DNA from: a virus
IMG/VR virus record: IMGVR_UViG_3300019888_000002
Location: 67,158-131,157 of that record
Reading direction: 5' to 3' (one strand)
Length of the DNA stretch: 64,000 nucleotides
Both the position numbers and the translations under genes were made by a program. The stretch's first letter is position 1, and each line of letters opens with the position of its first letter. The notes beneath the pieces are model-generated. The model worked only from the letters and a program-made list of their open reading frames with translations, made no database searches and was not told the origin of the DNA. Below, one piece after another: positions 54,601 through 63,911 of the stretch.

Positions 54601-55292
54601 GGTCCTGCGTTGACGTTGCGCACGTCGAGGTAGAGCGAAACCACGGCTGCCGGGTCCGGCATGGGAGCCGAGCGCCAGAAGGTGGTGGTGTTGCCGTCGA
54701 TGGCCTTGGCCGCGTCCCAGTCCTTGATGGTCTTGGCGATGACGTTACCGATGGTGTCCTGCTCGTCCTCAAGGTTCTGGACACCCTGGTTGCGGTCGTA
54801 GACGTTGCGCTTGATCAGTGTGTTCCGCACCCCCACCGAATACGGGACGGAAGGCAACTCGGGGTCGGTGGTCCGATTCAGTCTCAGTTGCACACTCTTG
54901 GCCACGATCGGATAGACGGTGGAGTGATAGGAGTACCAAGCCCGGGCAGACGAACGAGACAGGTCCAGGGACAACGGAACCCGCTGCTTGTCGAGGATCT
55001 GTCGCCAGTTGTTGGAACGGTCCTTGTACCAGACCTCGATGTGACAGGACTCCCGCAGAAACTCGGCAGCAAACTCCGAGATCGACAACGGGATCTTGTA
55101 GTTGATCGTGACAACTTCGGTACTGGTGTCGGTACTCGGCCGTGGCTGACTGTACCACTCCCGGTTACTGGTGTCGATCGGAACAGCAGGGTTCTTGGGG
55201 TCGAAGTTCTTGTTGTTGAGCAGGTCACTGATCAACTGGATCAGCGTAAGGGGAAAGTGAAAGTCGAAATAGAGATTCAATCCGAAGGCCAC
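51687..55292 (-). CDS. Large baseplate / minor tail protein
   Basis: About 1200 aa, beta-rich, F5/8-like DAAKAIDGNTTTFW segment, Ig/FN3-like insert; in the baseplate operon; GTG start at 55292 preferred. Confidence 0.75.
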   Translation of the reverse strand: MAFGLNLYFDFHFPLTLIQLISDLLNNKNFDPKNPAVPIDTSNREWYSQPRPSTDTSTEVVTINYKIPLSISEFAAEFLRESCHIEVWYKDRSNNWRQILDKQRVPLSLDLSRSSARAWYSYHSTVYPIVAKSVQLRLNRTTDPELPSVPYSVGVRNTLIKRNVYDRNQGVQNLEDEQDTIGNVIAKTIKDWDAAKAIDGNTTTFWRSAPMPDPAAVVSLYLDVRNVNAGPQTIDRLYVDPVHTGQHLNLYYTSDDTVGTRKLSPISLQPEVDINTDWRSGRGRWDTRATLASRYAFRAYWGPQDRIPAWAGFEWTPDFPATNGPSVLPVLLRCTPPDQQVAYHPELTYDPGAGQFVLSFLRSGFSPVTFSAGITQTFLADEPLRIVIGWAYNPSRIILQVRNRRNEIIASVISPTSALPTLVSFDGLVEMYGFRGLMTAQVIKFGEAYEGSLENFMVNPIVYVNPDPQLPDALGNIPSSSLDNAVYSADWTQQRFGVGGVDHSEYSEKTWTPIWKNYVSEKGMMFFPQMVTAKYLKMEFTNLTEEPYPIYESGIDVSYKVFPISVQQVATLGPRLFTGSEVGGAGVSLNGVRSVNSLGSILDALGRVISTSYDPVQINTGVGYTTTTVPHSNDPNLSKTTEIELSSNQIYRREVLNPFILAQDQNYTTIKSDGLFKLEPYTSIPWQEIYAANPGAIETRGSAGAIPVRGTNYWIFPGQQLRIPASVMERLTSTSTVTERRLTLETRLRFTTTAVHRYEIRTLRRDAAIAYFAGVREVIPFVSSYIFGQDREVYDFPLYSADQWTYTGIAQMPTGVITWDGTGTQGVASFTFQTGSNFTKLFSEFQDSGLIRSDALWASSSSDQLTPAASIIPANLSGSAWLDSFVDWTDAVISWGASRGVVAVNLDGDRRYQGRRVLRFNRVAGAGEAGIRLRQQTHYIPGGLFRLGCVFYKPFANNNILLIRLVRRSDNLVIYQTPVDAPAGRWVDFTTDLIEVPVNPSLAAPVLTKGATNTSGGTFAAGTYYWKLTAINANGETLGSNEVSATLVLNGTQVLNWTAVPGATGYKLYRGTAAGAENKLTATLGAVTTYTATGGAGTTATLPTANTTADTAMDFNLELVLTGDQEDELYLSDVYSELSHIRYYVRLGDGSQPIQEVTELRYRNSAYVVAQQPVTQGLIQAVILSNEGYAYGMRTTPDYRQ

Positions 55293-55294
55293 TG

Positions 55295-56662
55295 TCAGTG
55301 CACCCCACCCCAGAAGTTCTCGAGCACACCCAGAACGGAGTTCTGCCGGTTGGTCCACGGTGAAGTGACGGTGGAATCCCGCACAGGTGGGTTGTAGGCC
55401 ACAGCGAAATCGGGGGAATAGGTTTTCTTGGTGGTCGACTCCGGCACGATGGGCACACGGAAATGCAGGTTGTCTGCTTGTCCCCCGGCCGCAAGGACGC
55501 TGGCCTTGGCGATATCCACATACGCCTGCTGACTGACGTAGATGAAGATGTAGGGCGTCTTGTCGGCGTTGAGTGCCGGAGCTACTCCCGGAGTGAGACC
55601 GTACTTGCCACCGGGATAATTGTCAGGGCTGTCGGCCTTGTCGTACTCGGTCCAGGGGGAGAACTGACCGGACGTGGTGTACGCCTCGTAATTCGGCTCT
55701 CGCTTGACCGAAACGCCGTCGGCCTGGAGGGTCCCGTACTCCACCGAGTCGATCGGGGAACGGGCTCCTCCGGAGATCAAATAGTAGTAGCCGTACTCCT
55801 GAGTGATGTTGAAGGCCCGGTAGGGCGCGACGTTGACATCTCCTTGAAGCAACCATTTCTCGGTGGGCAGCAGGTCGATCAGCAACAGGTCGGGAGCGGG
55901 AAGATCAGCGAGGATCGGTGCCCCGGTGACCTCCTTCTGCACCTCGAAATAGCTGGAATCGGCAGCGGCTGCCTTGATGATGATCGGGGTGTTGACGGCC
56001 AGCCCGTTCAGGGAGACGGTGACGATCACGTCGGCCGGGGAGATGCGTTTGACCATCTCCCGCATGAGCCGGAACTCCTTGGGACTCAGACCAGTCTTGT
56101 GCGGGGTGAGCACGACCTCGTTCCGCGCGGTGAGCGGTGCCCGGCCGAGCGATGCCGTCAGCCCGAAGTTGTCCTTGTACCGCCACACCTCGAGAATGTC
56201 ACAGTCGGCCGAGGTGGCCGCGTGCATAGCCATCCGCAGACCGGCAGGTGTGCCACCGAGCCCGCAGGCGATGAAATACTCCTTGATCCGGGCTCGGTAC
56301 CAGGCATCCTTGACGCGCACCTCATCCCATTGGTCCGAGGTGAGCATGTCCTGAGAGGGGTTGTATTTGTAGGACTCCGATTCGGCTCGAATCAAGATGC
56401 CGATGTTGCCGAAGATATAATCCAGGTCCGAGAAGTAGACGGTCTCCAGTGCCGCCCCCAACCGGGTCATGAAGATGTCTTTCTTCAGCGAGCTGGCCCC
56501 GGCGTCTCCACAGAGAGCATCGACCAGCTTGTACACGACCGTGGTGGGGTCGGCAGTGAAGACGGTTTCGTCAAAATGCGCGAGACGCGACTCCGTGGAG
56601 CGCGGCGGCATGAGCGGGAAAACTGCGCTGTTCGTATCGGTGACACCAGGTGAGGTCATCAC
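55295..56662 (-). CDS. Baseplate wedge / tail protein (P2 gpI-like position)
   Basis: Follows baseplate J; LDYIFG...YRARI......GGTPAG pattern. Confidence 0.65.
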   Translation of the reverse strand: MMTSPGVTDTNSAVFPLMPPRSTESRLAHFDETVFTADPTTVVYKLVDALCGDAGASSLKKDIFMTRLGAALETVYFSDLDYIFGNIGILIRAESESYKYNPSQDMLTSDQWDEVRVKDAWYRARIKEYFIACGLGGTPAGLRMAMHAATSADCDILEVWRYKDNFGLTASLGRAPLTARNEVVLTPHKTGLSPKEFRLMREMVKRISPADVIVTVSLNGLAVNTPIIIKAAAADSSYFEVQKEVTGAPILADLPAPDLLLIDLLPTEKWLLQGDVNVAPYRAFNITQEYGYYYLISGGARSPIDSVEYGTLQADGVSVKREPNYEAYTTSGQFSPWTEYDKADSPDNYPGGKYGLTPGVAPALNADKTPYIFIYVSQQAYVDIAKASVLAAGGQADNLHFRVPIVPESTTKKTYSPDFAVAYNPPVRDSTVTSPWTNRQNSVLGVLENFWGGVH

Positions 56663-57105
56663 GCACTCACCTTCTTTCGGGCTCGTGCCTCACGCTGCAT
56701 TCTCGCCTGGCAGATCTTGCAGTACCGGCGGGGACCGCTACCAGGGTAGGTGCTCTTTCGGAGGCCATCCAGCTTATGTCCCAGACTGCACTCAGTGCGT
56801 GTGGCCATTCCTCGAATCTTGTTCACCCGTGCGGTCACTGGCTCCAAATGACTTGGCCTGGAGCACTCGCGCACTCGGCACAGGTGATCTAGCTGCAATC
56901 CTTCAGGGATCGTCAGCCCGAGCAGCACGTAGATGTAGCGATGAAGAGTGACATTGCCGCCATCACGACCACCGATCCAAATCGTGCCATAACCCCTTCG
57001 AAGCTGACCAGTCCAAGCCCAGCACTCGTCAGGCACGAAGGTGCTGCGCTGTTCGATTACAAACTGAGCAGCGATCTTGGCGGGCACCTCAAGGGGGATC
57101 ATCAC
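56659..57105 (-). mobile_element. Free-standing HNH homing endonuclease
   Basis: CWAWTG....GYG....HRY....LDHLCRVREC.RPSHLEPVT..VN plus CSLGH...CKIC; visibly lower GC; inserted in a structural operon. Confidence 0.85.
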
Positions 57106-58850
57106 TACCTCGTATTCGCTTTCCTAGTGACGACCGCATCAAGAAAGACCGGAAGCTGATTGTCGGCGAAGATGAAATCCGCGATCTGGGTAGCCAGCGG
57201 GGTGACATCGTCGGAGTAGGAATAGACCCGGACCCCGTAGTTACTGGCATTCTCGGTACTGGTGGTGATCCACACGTTGTCCACCCCGACCACCTGATGC
57301 ACGATCGAAGTGATATCACTCATCTCCACGACAGCGGCATAGCCGAAGCTGGCGAAGAAGTTCCGCAGCATGGTCTGGATATTGGTGAGCACCTGAGAGA
57401 CCACCATGCCCCGGTTGAACTCGACCGAGAGGTACACCCGGACATAACGGTAATCGGCTTGGTGCACGAGCACATCGGTGGTGATCTGCTTGGCCTTACG
57501 CATCTGGGCGTTGAGCAGTTCGGGGACCCGGTTGTAGCTGTAGGTCAGAGTGAGCGCGGTACCGGACGCCGGTCCGGCCGGGAGCCATTCGATTCCGGCG
57601 ATGTCTCGGTTGGACCCGGCGAGCAGAGTGGTGCCCCGCACCCGGTAATAGTGCACACCCTCGGTGTAGGTGGTGGAGGCAACGGTGATGGTACTGGGAA
57701 AAGCGACCACGGGCATGGACCCCAAGCGCATGAAACGGTTGGCACTCGAGGGAGCGACGTTACCGATCACCCGGGTGAAGTTACCGGTGTACAGCTCGTT
57801 GCTCGAGGTCGTGGAGAACACCTGAGCCGAGACGACGGTGCGCTCGGACACGGTGTACGGGTCGGTGCCGTCGACAAAGATGTCGATCTTGTTCGTGAGT
57901 CCATTGACCGGATCGTTGCGAGAGGACTTGGTGGTGTACTCGAACTCCACATCGATGATGTCCCCGGCAACCATGACACCTCCGGCATTACGCACCAGGG
58001 AGGGGACAGTTCCTCCGGTGAAGGTGTAATCCACGCTCGGAGAATAGAACACCTCGGTGTCCTGGCCGAGATCCTTGTAGATCGACTGACTGCTGTTCCA
58101 GACATATTTCACATCGGAGGTGATCGGCACATTGACGCTGGAGGCAGGTGCTGCCACCTGAGTGCGATAGGTGGTGACCGGTCCGTAGACGACCACCTTG
58201 GAGACGAACCGATTCTGAAGACACAGCGCGTTGTAATAATCGAAGGTCCCGGCGATATTGCGCAGGAAGGTGTTCTTGAATCGGGTCCGTAATTCGTTGT
58301 CGGTCTCGGTGTCGACCCCTCCGGTCATGGAGGTGAGGTTGGTGACCGAAGCCGAACCGATGGTGGTCCCGAGCGAGGTGACGGTGCCCGGCGCGACGTT
58401 GCCGACCGAGCCCGCGATGGTGCACTCGACCGGAATGTCGGTGGAATACACACCTTGCGGGAGTACGGCCGGTGCGGTGGAGTAGAAATACAGGTCCCCT
58501 CCTCCGACACCACCCTGCGGCACATAGAACTGAACGCTCTTAGGGATCTCGGTGGCCTGGGTGGCGATGGAGGTCAGCTCCATTCGCAGGGTGCCGGTGG
58601 CCTTGCGGCCCTCCAATCGTCCGAATCCGAACAAGCCGACGAATTGCTCCAGCTCGATACCGGACTTGGTGTCGATATCGAGGACGGTGCCGGTGGAGTA
58701 CTGATCGATATACGCCTCGGAGACAGCCTCGGACACGGCGTCCACGATCTTGCGCTCGGGGGTCCCGATCTCGAGAGACAACCCGGGCAGAGTCGTGTTC
58801 AACTTCGCACGAATATCTTGGCTGACCGCTGTTGGAGTGCGTGCTGCCAT
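57105..58850 (-). CDS. Baseplate J-like protein
   Basis: LEQFVGLFGFGRLEGRKATG, VECTIAGSVGNVAPGTV, GGVDTETDNELRTR. Confidence 0.9.
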   Translation of the reverse strand: MAARTPTAVSQDIRAKLNTTLPGLSLEIGTPERKIVDAVSEAVSEAYIDQYSTGTVLDIDTKSGIELEQFVGLFGFGRLEGRKATGTLRMELTSIATQATEIPKSVQFYVPQGGVGGGDLYFYSTAPAVLPQGVYSTDIPVECTIAGSVGNVAPGTVTSLGTTIGSASVTNLTSMTGGVDTETDNELRTRFKNTFLRNIAGTFDYYNALCLQNRFVSKVVVYGPVTTYRTQVAAPASSVNVPITSDVKYVWNSSQSIYKDLGQDTEVFYSPSVDYTFTGGTVPSLVRNAGGVMVAGDIIDVEFEYTTKSSRNDPVNGLTNKIDIFVDGTDPYTVSERTVVSAQVFSTTSSNELYTGNFTRVIGNVAPSSANRFMRLGSMPVVAFPSTITVASTTYTEGVHYYRVRGTTLLAGSNRDIAGIEWLPAGPASGTALTLTYSYNRVPELLNAQMRKAKQITTDVLVHQADYRYVRVYLSVEFNRGMVVSQVLTNIQTMLRNFFASFGYAAVVEMSDITSIVHQVVGVDNVWITTSTENASNYGVRVYSYSDDVTPLATQIADFIFADNQLPVFLDAVVTRKANTR

Positions 58851-58867
58851 CTACTTCTCCCTCACTC

Positions 58868-59284
58868 CTACACCCCGACTCCGACAGCCGTCTGGCCAGC
58901 GGTCCCCTTAGCAGTGGTGAACCTGATAAGTACCGAAACTGTATCAAATGTTGTTCGGACCTGGATGTCGTCCACGGTCAAAAGAATCTCGTCGGCCGAC
59001 AACAGCGAGGGGTTGGTTCGCACGATCTTGGCCTGAAGACTCTGATAGTTCTGAAGCACTCGCATCACTTCGGAGCGCACCTCGGCTCCGCTGGACTGGG
59101 TAATGATTCCACCGATGAAGTTATCGAGAATCGAACCATAGGTGAGATGGAAACGATCACAACGGAATCGTTCCCGCAGCCAGATGGACAGATCCTGATA
59201 GATCTTGTCCACCCCGGTGACGATGCCCATCTGGGAGCCCTTCAAAAGGATGTCCCCATCGGCAATGGCCAGCGAGAAACTCAC
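58868..59284 (-). CDS. Baseplate wedge subunit (gp25-like)
   Basis: GDILL...G..K..QDL..WL.E......H.TYGS.L..FIG; upstream of baseplate J. Confidence 0.8.
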   Translation of the reverse strand: MSFSLAIADGDILLKGSQMGIVTGVDKIYQDLSIWLRERFRCDRFHLTYGSILDNFIGGIITQSSGAEVRSEVMRVLQNYQSLQAKIVRTNPSLLSADEILLTVDDIQVRTTFDTVSVLIRFTTAKGTAGQTAVGVGV

Positions 59285-59337
59285 GTCCGTCCACCTCCTG
59301 TCGTTTCTTCTGTCCGGTCGGCTCTCATAGGAGATGA

Positions 59338-60045
59338 TCAGGCAGCCAGAACCTCCCACAGCGCGATGACGCCACGCGCGGCGGACGACGAATCGTTGAC
59401 GCCAAGGGTGACCGGCCCCGGTGTCACGGTAGCCGCCGACGCCTTGATGAACACCTGACTGACCAAGTCCGCCGTCGTCTCGGTCCAGTTCGCAGAGGTG
59501 AGAGCCGTGTTCGCCGCCGCTGTCAGGGTGTTGGTGGACTTGGAGTCGTCCACTGCCCCGTAGACCCGAGACCGTGCCGCCGTGGTGGTGATGGACTTGG
59601 TAAACACCGTCGTATCGAGGAACTGCGCCCCTGCGGTAGCGCCGGTCTGAGTGGCAGCAGCGCCGTTGAGCACCAACACCTGAAGCGACCACGCCCCCGC
59701 CACGGCGTTCGTACTGGTGACGGTCATCGCCCCCGGTGCCGTAGCGAAATAGTGGAACGAAATTCTGATGTATCCACCGGAAGTCGTGGGGTCGCCGGTC
59801 TGGGCGAAGGCCACGGTGTACGCGCTGCCCTTGGAGTCGGTGTGCACCGCGCTCGGGGTGCCGCTGGAATGCCAACCGCCGATGGAGATGGCCATCACCA
59901 ACGAATTCGCAGGCGGGGAGAAGCTCGCCGTGGTCAGGTTGGCGACACCGGCAGTATGCACGACAGCCGGTGCCGAAGGGTCCTCGGTGATGCTGCCGGG
60001 AACGACGACGGCAGAAGACGGTGGCCGCACCACCATCATGCTCAT
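59338..60045 (-). CDS. Minor tail / adhesin-like beta protein
   Basis: Ala/Thr-rich beta-sandwich; F(S)PPANSLV; follows the spike gene. Confidence 0.6.
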   Translation of the reverse strand: MSMMVVRPPSSAVVVPGSITEDPSAPAVVHTAGVANLTTASFSPPANSLVMAISIGGWHSSGTPSAVHTDSKGSAYTVAFAQTGDPTTSGGYIRISFHYFATAPGAMTVTSTNAVAGAWSLQVLVLNGAAATQTGATAGAQFLDTTVFTKSITTTAARSRVYGAVDDSKSTNTLTAAANTALTSANWTETTADLVSQVFIKASAATVTPGPVTLGVNDSSSAARGVIALWEVLAA

Positions 60046-60866
60046 GAGAGAGTCAGATTCACTGTGCCGGTCAGGTGGACGGTCAAACGATCACCCGGAC
60101 TCGCCGGGACTGCGCTGGTGTAGACCGAAAGAATATCGTCCTCGGCGAACACCCAGCTTCCGGTCACGGTGCGCGCCGCCTTGGTAGCATCACCCTGAGC
60201 CTGGTTGGCGGCGGAGACGGCCAGCGAACTACCGGCCAACGTAGCCCCGGAGTTGCCGCGCATCTCCACCGTCGAGGAACCGCTCACGTCCTGTGTGCCG
60301 AAGGTGTAGATGGCCCGAGTGAACGTGCACGGTCCAGGGCGAATGCCGTCCAACACCTGACCGTAGCCCACAGCCCGCGTTGCCAAGGTCTGGATATAAG
60401 AAACCTTGTGCGGGGCGGTCCCTTGGGTGATACCAGCGCCGCCGCCCGTCACGGTGACCCACGCCGACTGATCGTCCGGGCGTGTCTGAAGCACTCCCCC
60501 CAGCAGCCGAATCTGCCCGGTCCCGAGATTGGTGATCTGCGGCAGGACTACCGGCGATCCGACCAGATAGGTCGGTCCGGAACTGCCGAGAGCGGTGAGA
60601 CCCTGAACCGGGTCGAGCCCGAACCGATCGTCCATGTGCGGTGTCTTCGAGACCAGCACCCAGGAATCCCGGCTGGAACGCTTCACCACCCATTGCTCAC
60701 CCAGCACCGGGATGGAGAAAACACCCCCGGCCATCAGGGCAAAGGTGATCTGAATGTCCCCGACCTGCTGATTCCACCCTGTGCACAGCCGCTTTTCGAG
60801 GTCTATCGCCTTGATGGCGACGATGGCCTCGGCACTGTCGGTCTGCCGTGTGAAAGGTATGCTCAC
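60042..60866 (-). CDS. Baseplate spike-like protein with C-terminal beta tip domain
   Basis: OB-like N-terminus with P.LGEQW.V; position after the hub gene. Confidence 0.6.
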   Translation of the reverse strand: MSIPFTRQTDSAEAIVAIKAIDLEKRLCTGWNQQVGDIQITFALMAGGVFSIPVLGEQWVVKRSSRDSWVLVSKTPHMDDRFGLDPVQGLTALGSSGPTYLVGSPVVLPQITNLGTGQIRLLGGVLQTRPDDQSAWVTVTGGGAGITQGTAPHKVSYIQTLATRAVGYGQVLDGIRPGPCTFTRAIYTFGTQDVSGSSTVEMRGNSGATLAGSSLAVSAANQAQGDATKAARTVTGSWVFAEDDILSVYTSAVPASPGDRLTVHLTGTVNLTLS

Positions 60867-63280
60867 CCGCCACTACCCTCCGTGAGAGTGGGGAGACTCC
60901 CGGTGGAGGTGTCGACCGAGGTCCGTGATGGGGCCATGATCGACGCGGTGGTCTGGAATCCGCTGGTGTAGCTGAAGGTGTGGTTGACCGCATTGACATA
61001 GACAGAGATGTCGTGACCGACCAGGTTGATTCTCATGCCAGGGAACAACTCCGGCATGAAGCTCAGTTCCACCTGGGTCAATGTCTGTTCAGCCCACTTC
61101 TGCATGAAGCGCTGGGCTGCGATGAGCAACTCGAGACCAGGGTTCGACTGTCCGTTAATGGAGGAATACTGCTCCTTGAGCGGACGGATACCGAACCGTT
61201 GAAGAAACTCCGTCGGGTTCGCAATGTCCGGGGTCACCACCGAGTTCTTGGTGAGCTTGTCGAAAAGCCAGGCGTCTTCCACTGTGGCGATACCGGAGGA
61301 CTGAAGATAAGCCAGGTCACCCGGCATCGTGGTGCCGTCGTACCCGTAGGAACCGACGGTGAACATGTGAGTCACCATCTGATCGTCGTTGAGATCGACC
61401 CGTAGATTCTTCAGTTCGATATCCTCGAGATCGACCACGGCCGGTGTGCCGTCGAGACCGAAATAGTCCGGGTAATAGGCAAGAAACTCACCGGTCGGTG
61501 CACTCTGAAACTTGCACATCCGAGCCCGGCAGACAGCGTTCACGGTGTCCATCAACGGTTCGTCGTTGAGCGAGGACCGCTCCCCGGTGAACATCTGAGA
61601 GACGCCACCCTGATACTTGTCGCTCGGGTTGAACAGATACCCGAAAAGATTCTTGGCCAGCTTGTTCTGGAAAGCCGAAGTTCCGGGTGCCCCAGGAGTT
61701 CCCGGTGCACCACCTGCCCCGCCCGGACCACCGGGTCCGACGACGTGATCGCTGGCCCAGTGCACATGATCGCCGTGCTGAGACACTGTGCTCTCACCGT
61801 AGGCTGCCCGGATACCGGCCTGATCGGACGGGTCGAGATGCCCGGTCTTACCGCTGAGCAGGAACGGCCCGTTGATATAGATGAGTTGCTGGGTATCGCG
61901 GTAATTCTGGTACACCCAATTGGCTATCGCCTGAAGGTCACCACCGATGTCGATGGCCATGCCCATCGGATGGTAGCCACCGTCGTTGGCGTGGTCGGTC
62001 ATACCCGCGTTGAGAGTGGCGTTCGGGAACGCCGTCTTGACCGCGATCCACATCGACGTATTGGTGGGTCCGTTGCCGAGCTGCCCTGCTTCACCTGCCG
62101 TGGGGGTGTAGGTGGGGCCTGGAGGAGGGGTTGCCCCGGGTGCCGGTGCCGGGGCTCCCGGGTTGGACGGTGCCGGGGCCGGGGGTGCTCCCGGGGCAGG
62201 GGCTCCCCCCGACTTGGTGCCGGAATTGGGGGGAGCGGTACCCCCGGACGCGGCGATCGCTCGGAAACCCGGCATAAACTGCTGCGCCGAGTGGTGATAG
62301 ACGAGCGAGGACCAGTCGTCCCAGTTCCCGCGACCGTTGTAGAGCATCCGAGCGATGTTGGTGCTCACCGCAGGATCGAGTCTGTTCTGCCCCGGCAGCA
62401 TGTTGTCGTGACCGCTGTTGATCTGCCACAGCCCCCGGTCGATGGTGCCGTCGTTGTTCGGTGGGCTGACAGATGCAGGATTACCACCGGATTCGGCCTT
62501 GATGATGGAGCTGCCTGTCACCACGTCCTCGCCGGACCACCCGGCGTTGGTGACGATCCAGACGATCTCCATGTCGGAATACGCGGTGCCGTTGGCCGGA
62601 GGGCCGATGGAGGTGAAGTTCGCTCCGGCCAGCGCACCACCAGGACCGGTGGCCGCACCAGCGGTACCGGTACCGGTCGACTCGTCATAGTCGAACATGG
62701 TCTTGAACTTCTTCAGCCCTTCGGAGGCCGTGTCCTTGTACTTCTCCGCACCCTTGGCCAGATAATCCACGAAGGCAGTGGGGAAGTCCTGGATAATGAT
62801 CTGGTCTTCCTGCCATCCCCCCACCTTGATGAGGATGTTCTGGAGCATGAACCCGATACCGCTGTCCTTGTTGGCACCGGCCTTGTTGTTGGCATTGGCA
62901 GCCACCTGATCGAACAGTGCCGCCGAGGCTGGCAGACCCGGGTCCCAGTAGGTGTACTTGAGCCGCTTGAGCGTGCACGACGCGGTGATCTGCACGACCC
63001 CGGGGTAAAGAGTGATCGCTGGAACCGAGTTCAGGTACCCGGTGAAAACGGTGATCCATTTGACCCGGCGCATCCGGATGATGACCCGGTCCATCCGGCT
63101 GAGCACGTTGTTGTACCGTCTGCCCTTGTTCGCCAGTTGAAGCGAGGCAAAGGACACTCCGTCTCCGGAGCGCTGAATATTGCCACCCACCAAGTCCCGG
63201 GAGATGTCGATGATCCCGGTCTTGGTGGAGATCAGCACCTCGCAGTCCGGGCTGTAGACCAACGTCTTGAAAGACGGCAT
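60863..63280 (-). CDS. Baseplate hub / tail lysin with transglycosylase and peptidase-like domains
   Basis: Hub-like termini (ELSFMPELFPGMRI); AESGGNP...DRGLWQIN (SLT/lysozyme-like); DH...YHPMGMAIDI...HGDHVHW (M15/LAS-like). Confidence 0.8.
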   Translation of the reverse strand: MPSFKTLVYSPDCEVLISTKTGIIDISRDLVGGNIQRSGDGVSFASLQLANKGRRYNNVLSRMDRVIIRMRRVKWITVFTGYLNSVPAITLYPGVVQITASCTLKRLKYTYWDPGLPASAALFDQVAANANNKAGANKDSGIGFMLQNILIKVGGWQEDQIIIQDFPTAFVDYLAKGAEKYKDTASEGLKKFKTMFDYDESTGTGTAGAATGPGGALAGANFTSIGPPANGTAYSDMEIVWIVTNAGWSGEDVVTGSSIIKAESGGNPASVSPPNNDGTIDRGLWQINSGHDNMLPGQNRLDPAVSTNIARMLYNGRGNWDDWSSLVYHHSAQQFMPGFRAIAASGGTAPPNSGTKSGGAPAPGAPPAPAPSNPGAPAPAPGATPPPGPTYTPTAGEAGQLGNGPTNTSMWIAVKTAFPNATLNAGMTDHANDGGYHPMGMAIDIGGDLQAIANWVYQNYRDTQQLIYINGPFLLSGKTGHLDPSDQAGIRAAYGESTVSQHGDHVHWASDHVVGPGGPGGAGGAPGTPGAPGTSAFQNKLAKNLFGYLFNPSDKYQGGVSQMFTGERSSLNDEPLMDTVNAVCRARMCKFQSAPTGEFLAYYPDYFGLDGTPAVVDLEDIELKNLRVDLNDDQMVTHMFTVGSYGYDGTTMPGDLAYLQSSGIATVEDAWLFDKLTKNSVVTPDIANPTEFLQRFGIRPLKEQYSSINGQSNPGLELLIAAQRFMQKWAEQTLTQVELSFMPELFPGMRINLVGHDISVYVNAVNHTFSYTSGFQTTASIMAPSRTSVDTSTGSLPTLTEGSGG

Positions 63281-63299
63281 CCGAATCAGTTCCTCCAGC

Positions 63300-63911
63300 T
63301 CATGGGATCAACCCACCGGGGATAGGACTGTTGGGATCGGACGGCCGAGGATGGGCTCCGGTCCCGGGAATGATGTTGTTGATCGCCGGATTGTTGGTCG
63401 GTGGAGTGATGCCGTCGGCGGGAGACGATCCCCACCATCCTTCGTTCCCCGCTCCGGCCCCGATGTTGTTCCCGAACATCGACTTGAAATCGGAGGCCAA
63501 CGAAGAGCCGTAGGTCTTCTCCGAGAGCAACGAATCGACCAGGAACATATCGACAGTGCACCGGGGAGCGATGTTGAAACGCTTGTCCCCTGCGGGCATC
63601 TTCTCGATGAAACCCGACCAGTTGTTGATGCCCCGTTCGGGCCACCAGAGCAGAACCTCCGGATGCTGGGTGGTCCCGGCCATGGCCTTGATCTGATGCC
63701 CCCGCACGAAATCCTGAAGAGCCTTCATCTCGGCCCAGCTGGAGGTGATGACATCGAACTGGAAAGACTGCTGAGTGGACTTGATCGGGAAATGCTGAAG
63801 CATCGTCTTGGTCTGGGCCGAGGTGATGTTCCCGGTGAGGGGAGTCCGGAACCCCTCCACCTTGAGATTGAGCGAACCGACCTGCTCACAGGAAACCTTC
63901 ATCAGGCTCAT
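63300..63911 (-). CDS. Tail / baseplate protein (tube-initiator position)
   Basis: Directly upstream of the hub gene; Pro-rich C-terminus. Confidence 0.55.
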   Translation of the reverse strand: MSLMKVSCEQVGSLNLKVEGFRTPLTGNITSAQTKTMLQHFPIKSTQQSFQFDVITSSWAEMKALQDFVRGHQIKAMAGTTQHPEVLLWWPERGINNWSGFIEKMPAGDKRFNIAPRCTVDMFLVDSLLSEKTYGSSLASDFKSMFGNNIGAGAGNEGWWGSSPADGITPPTNNPAINNIIPGTGAHPRPSDPNSPIPGGLIP

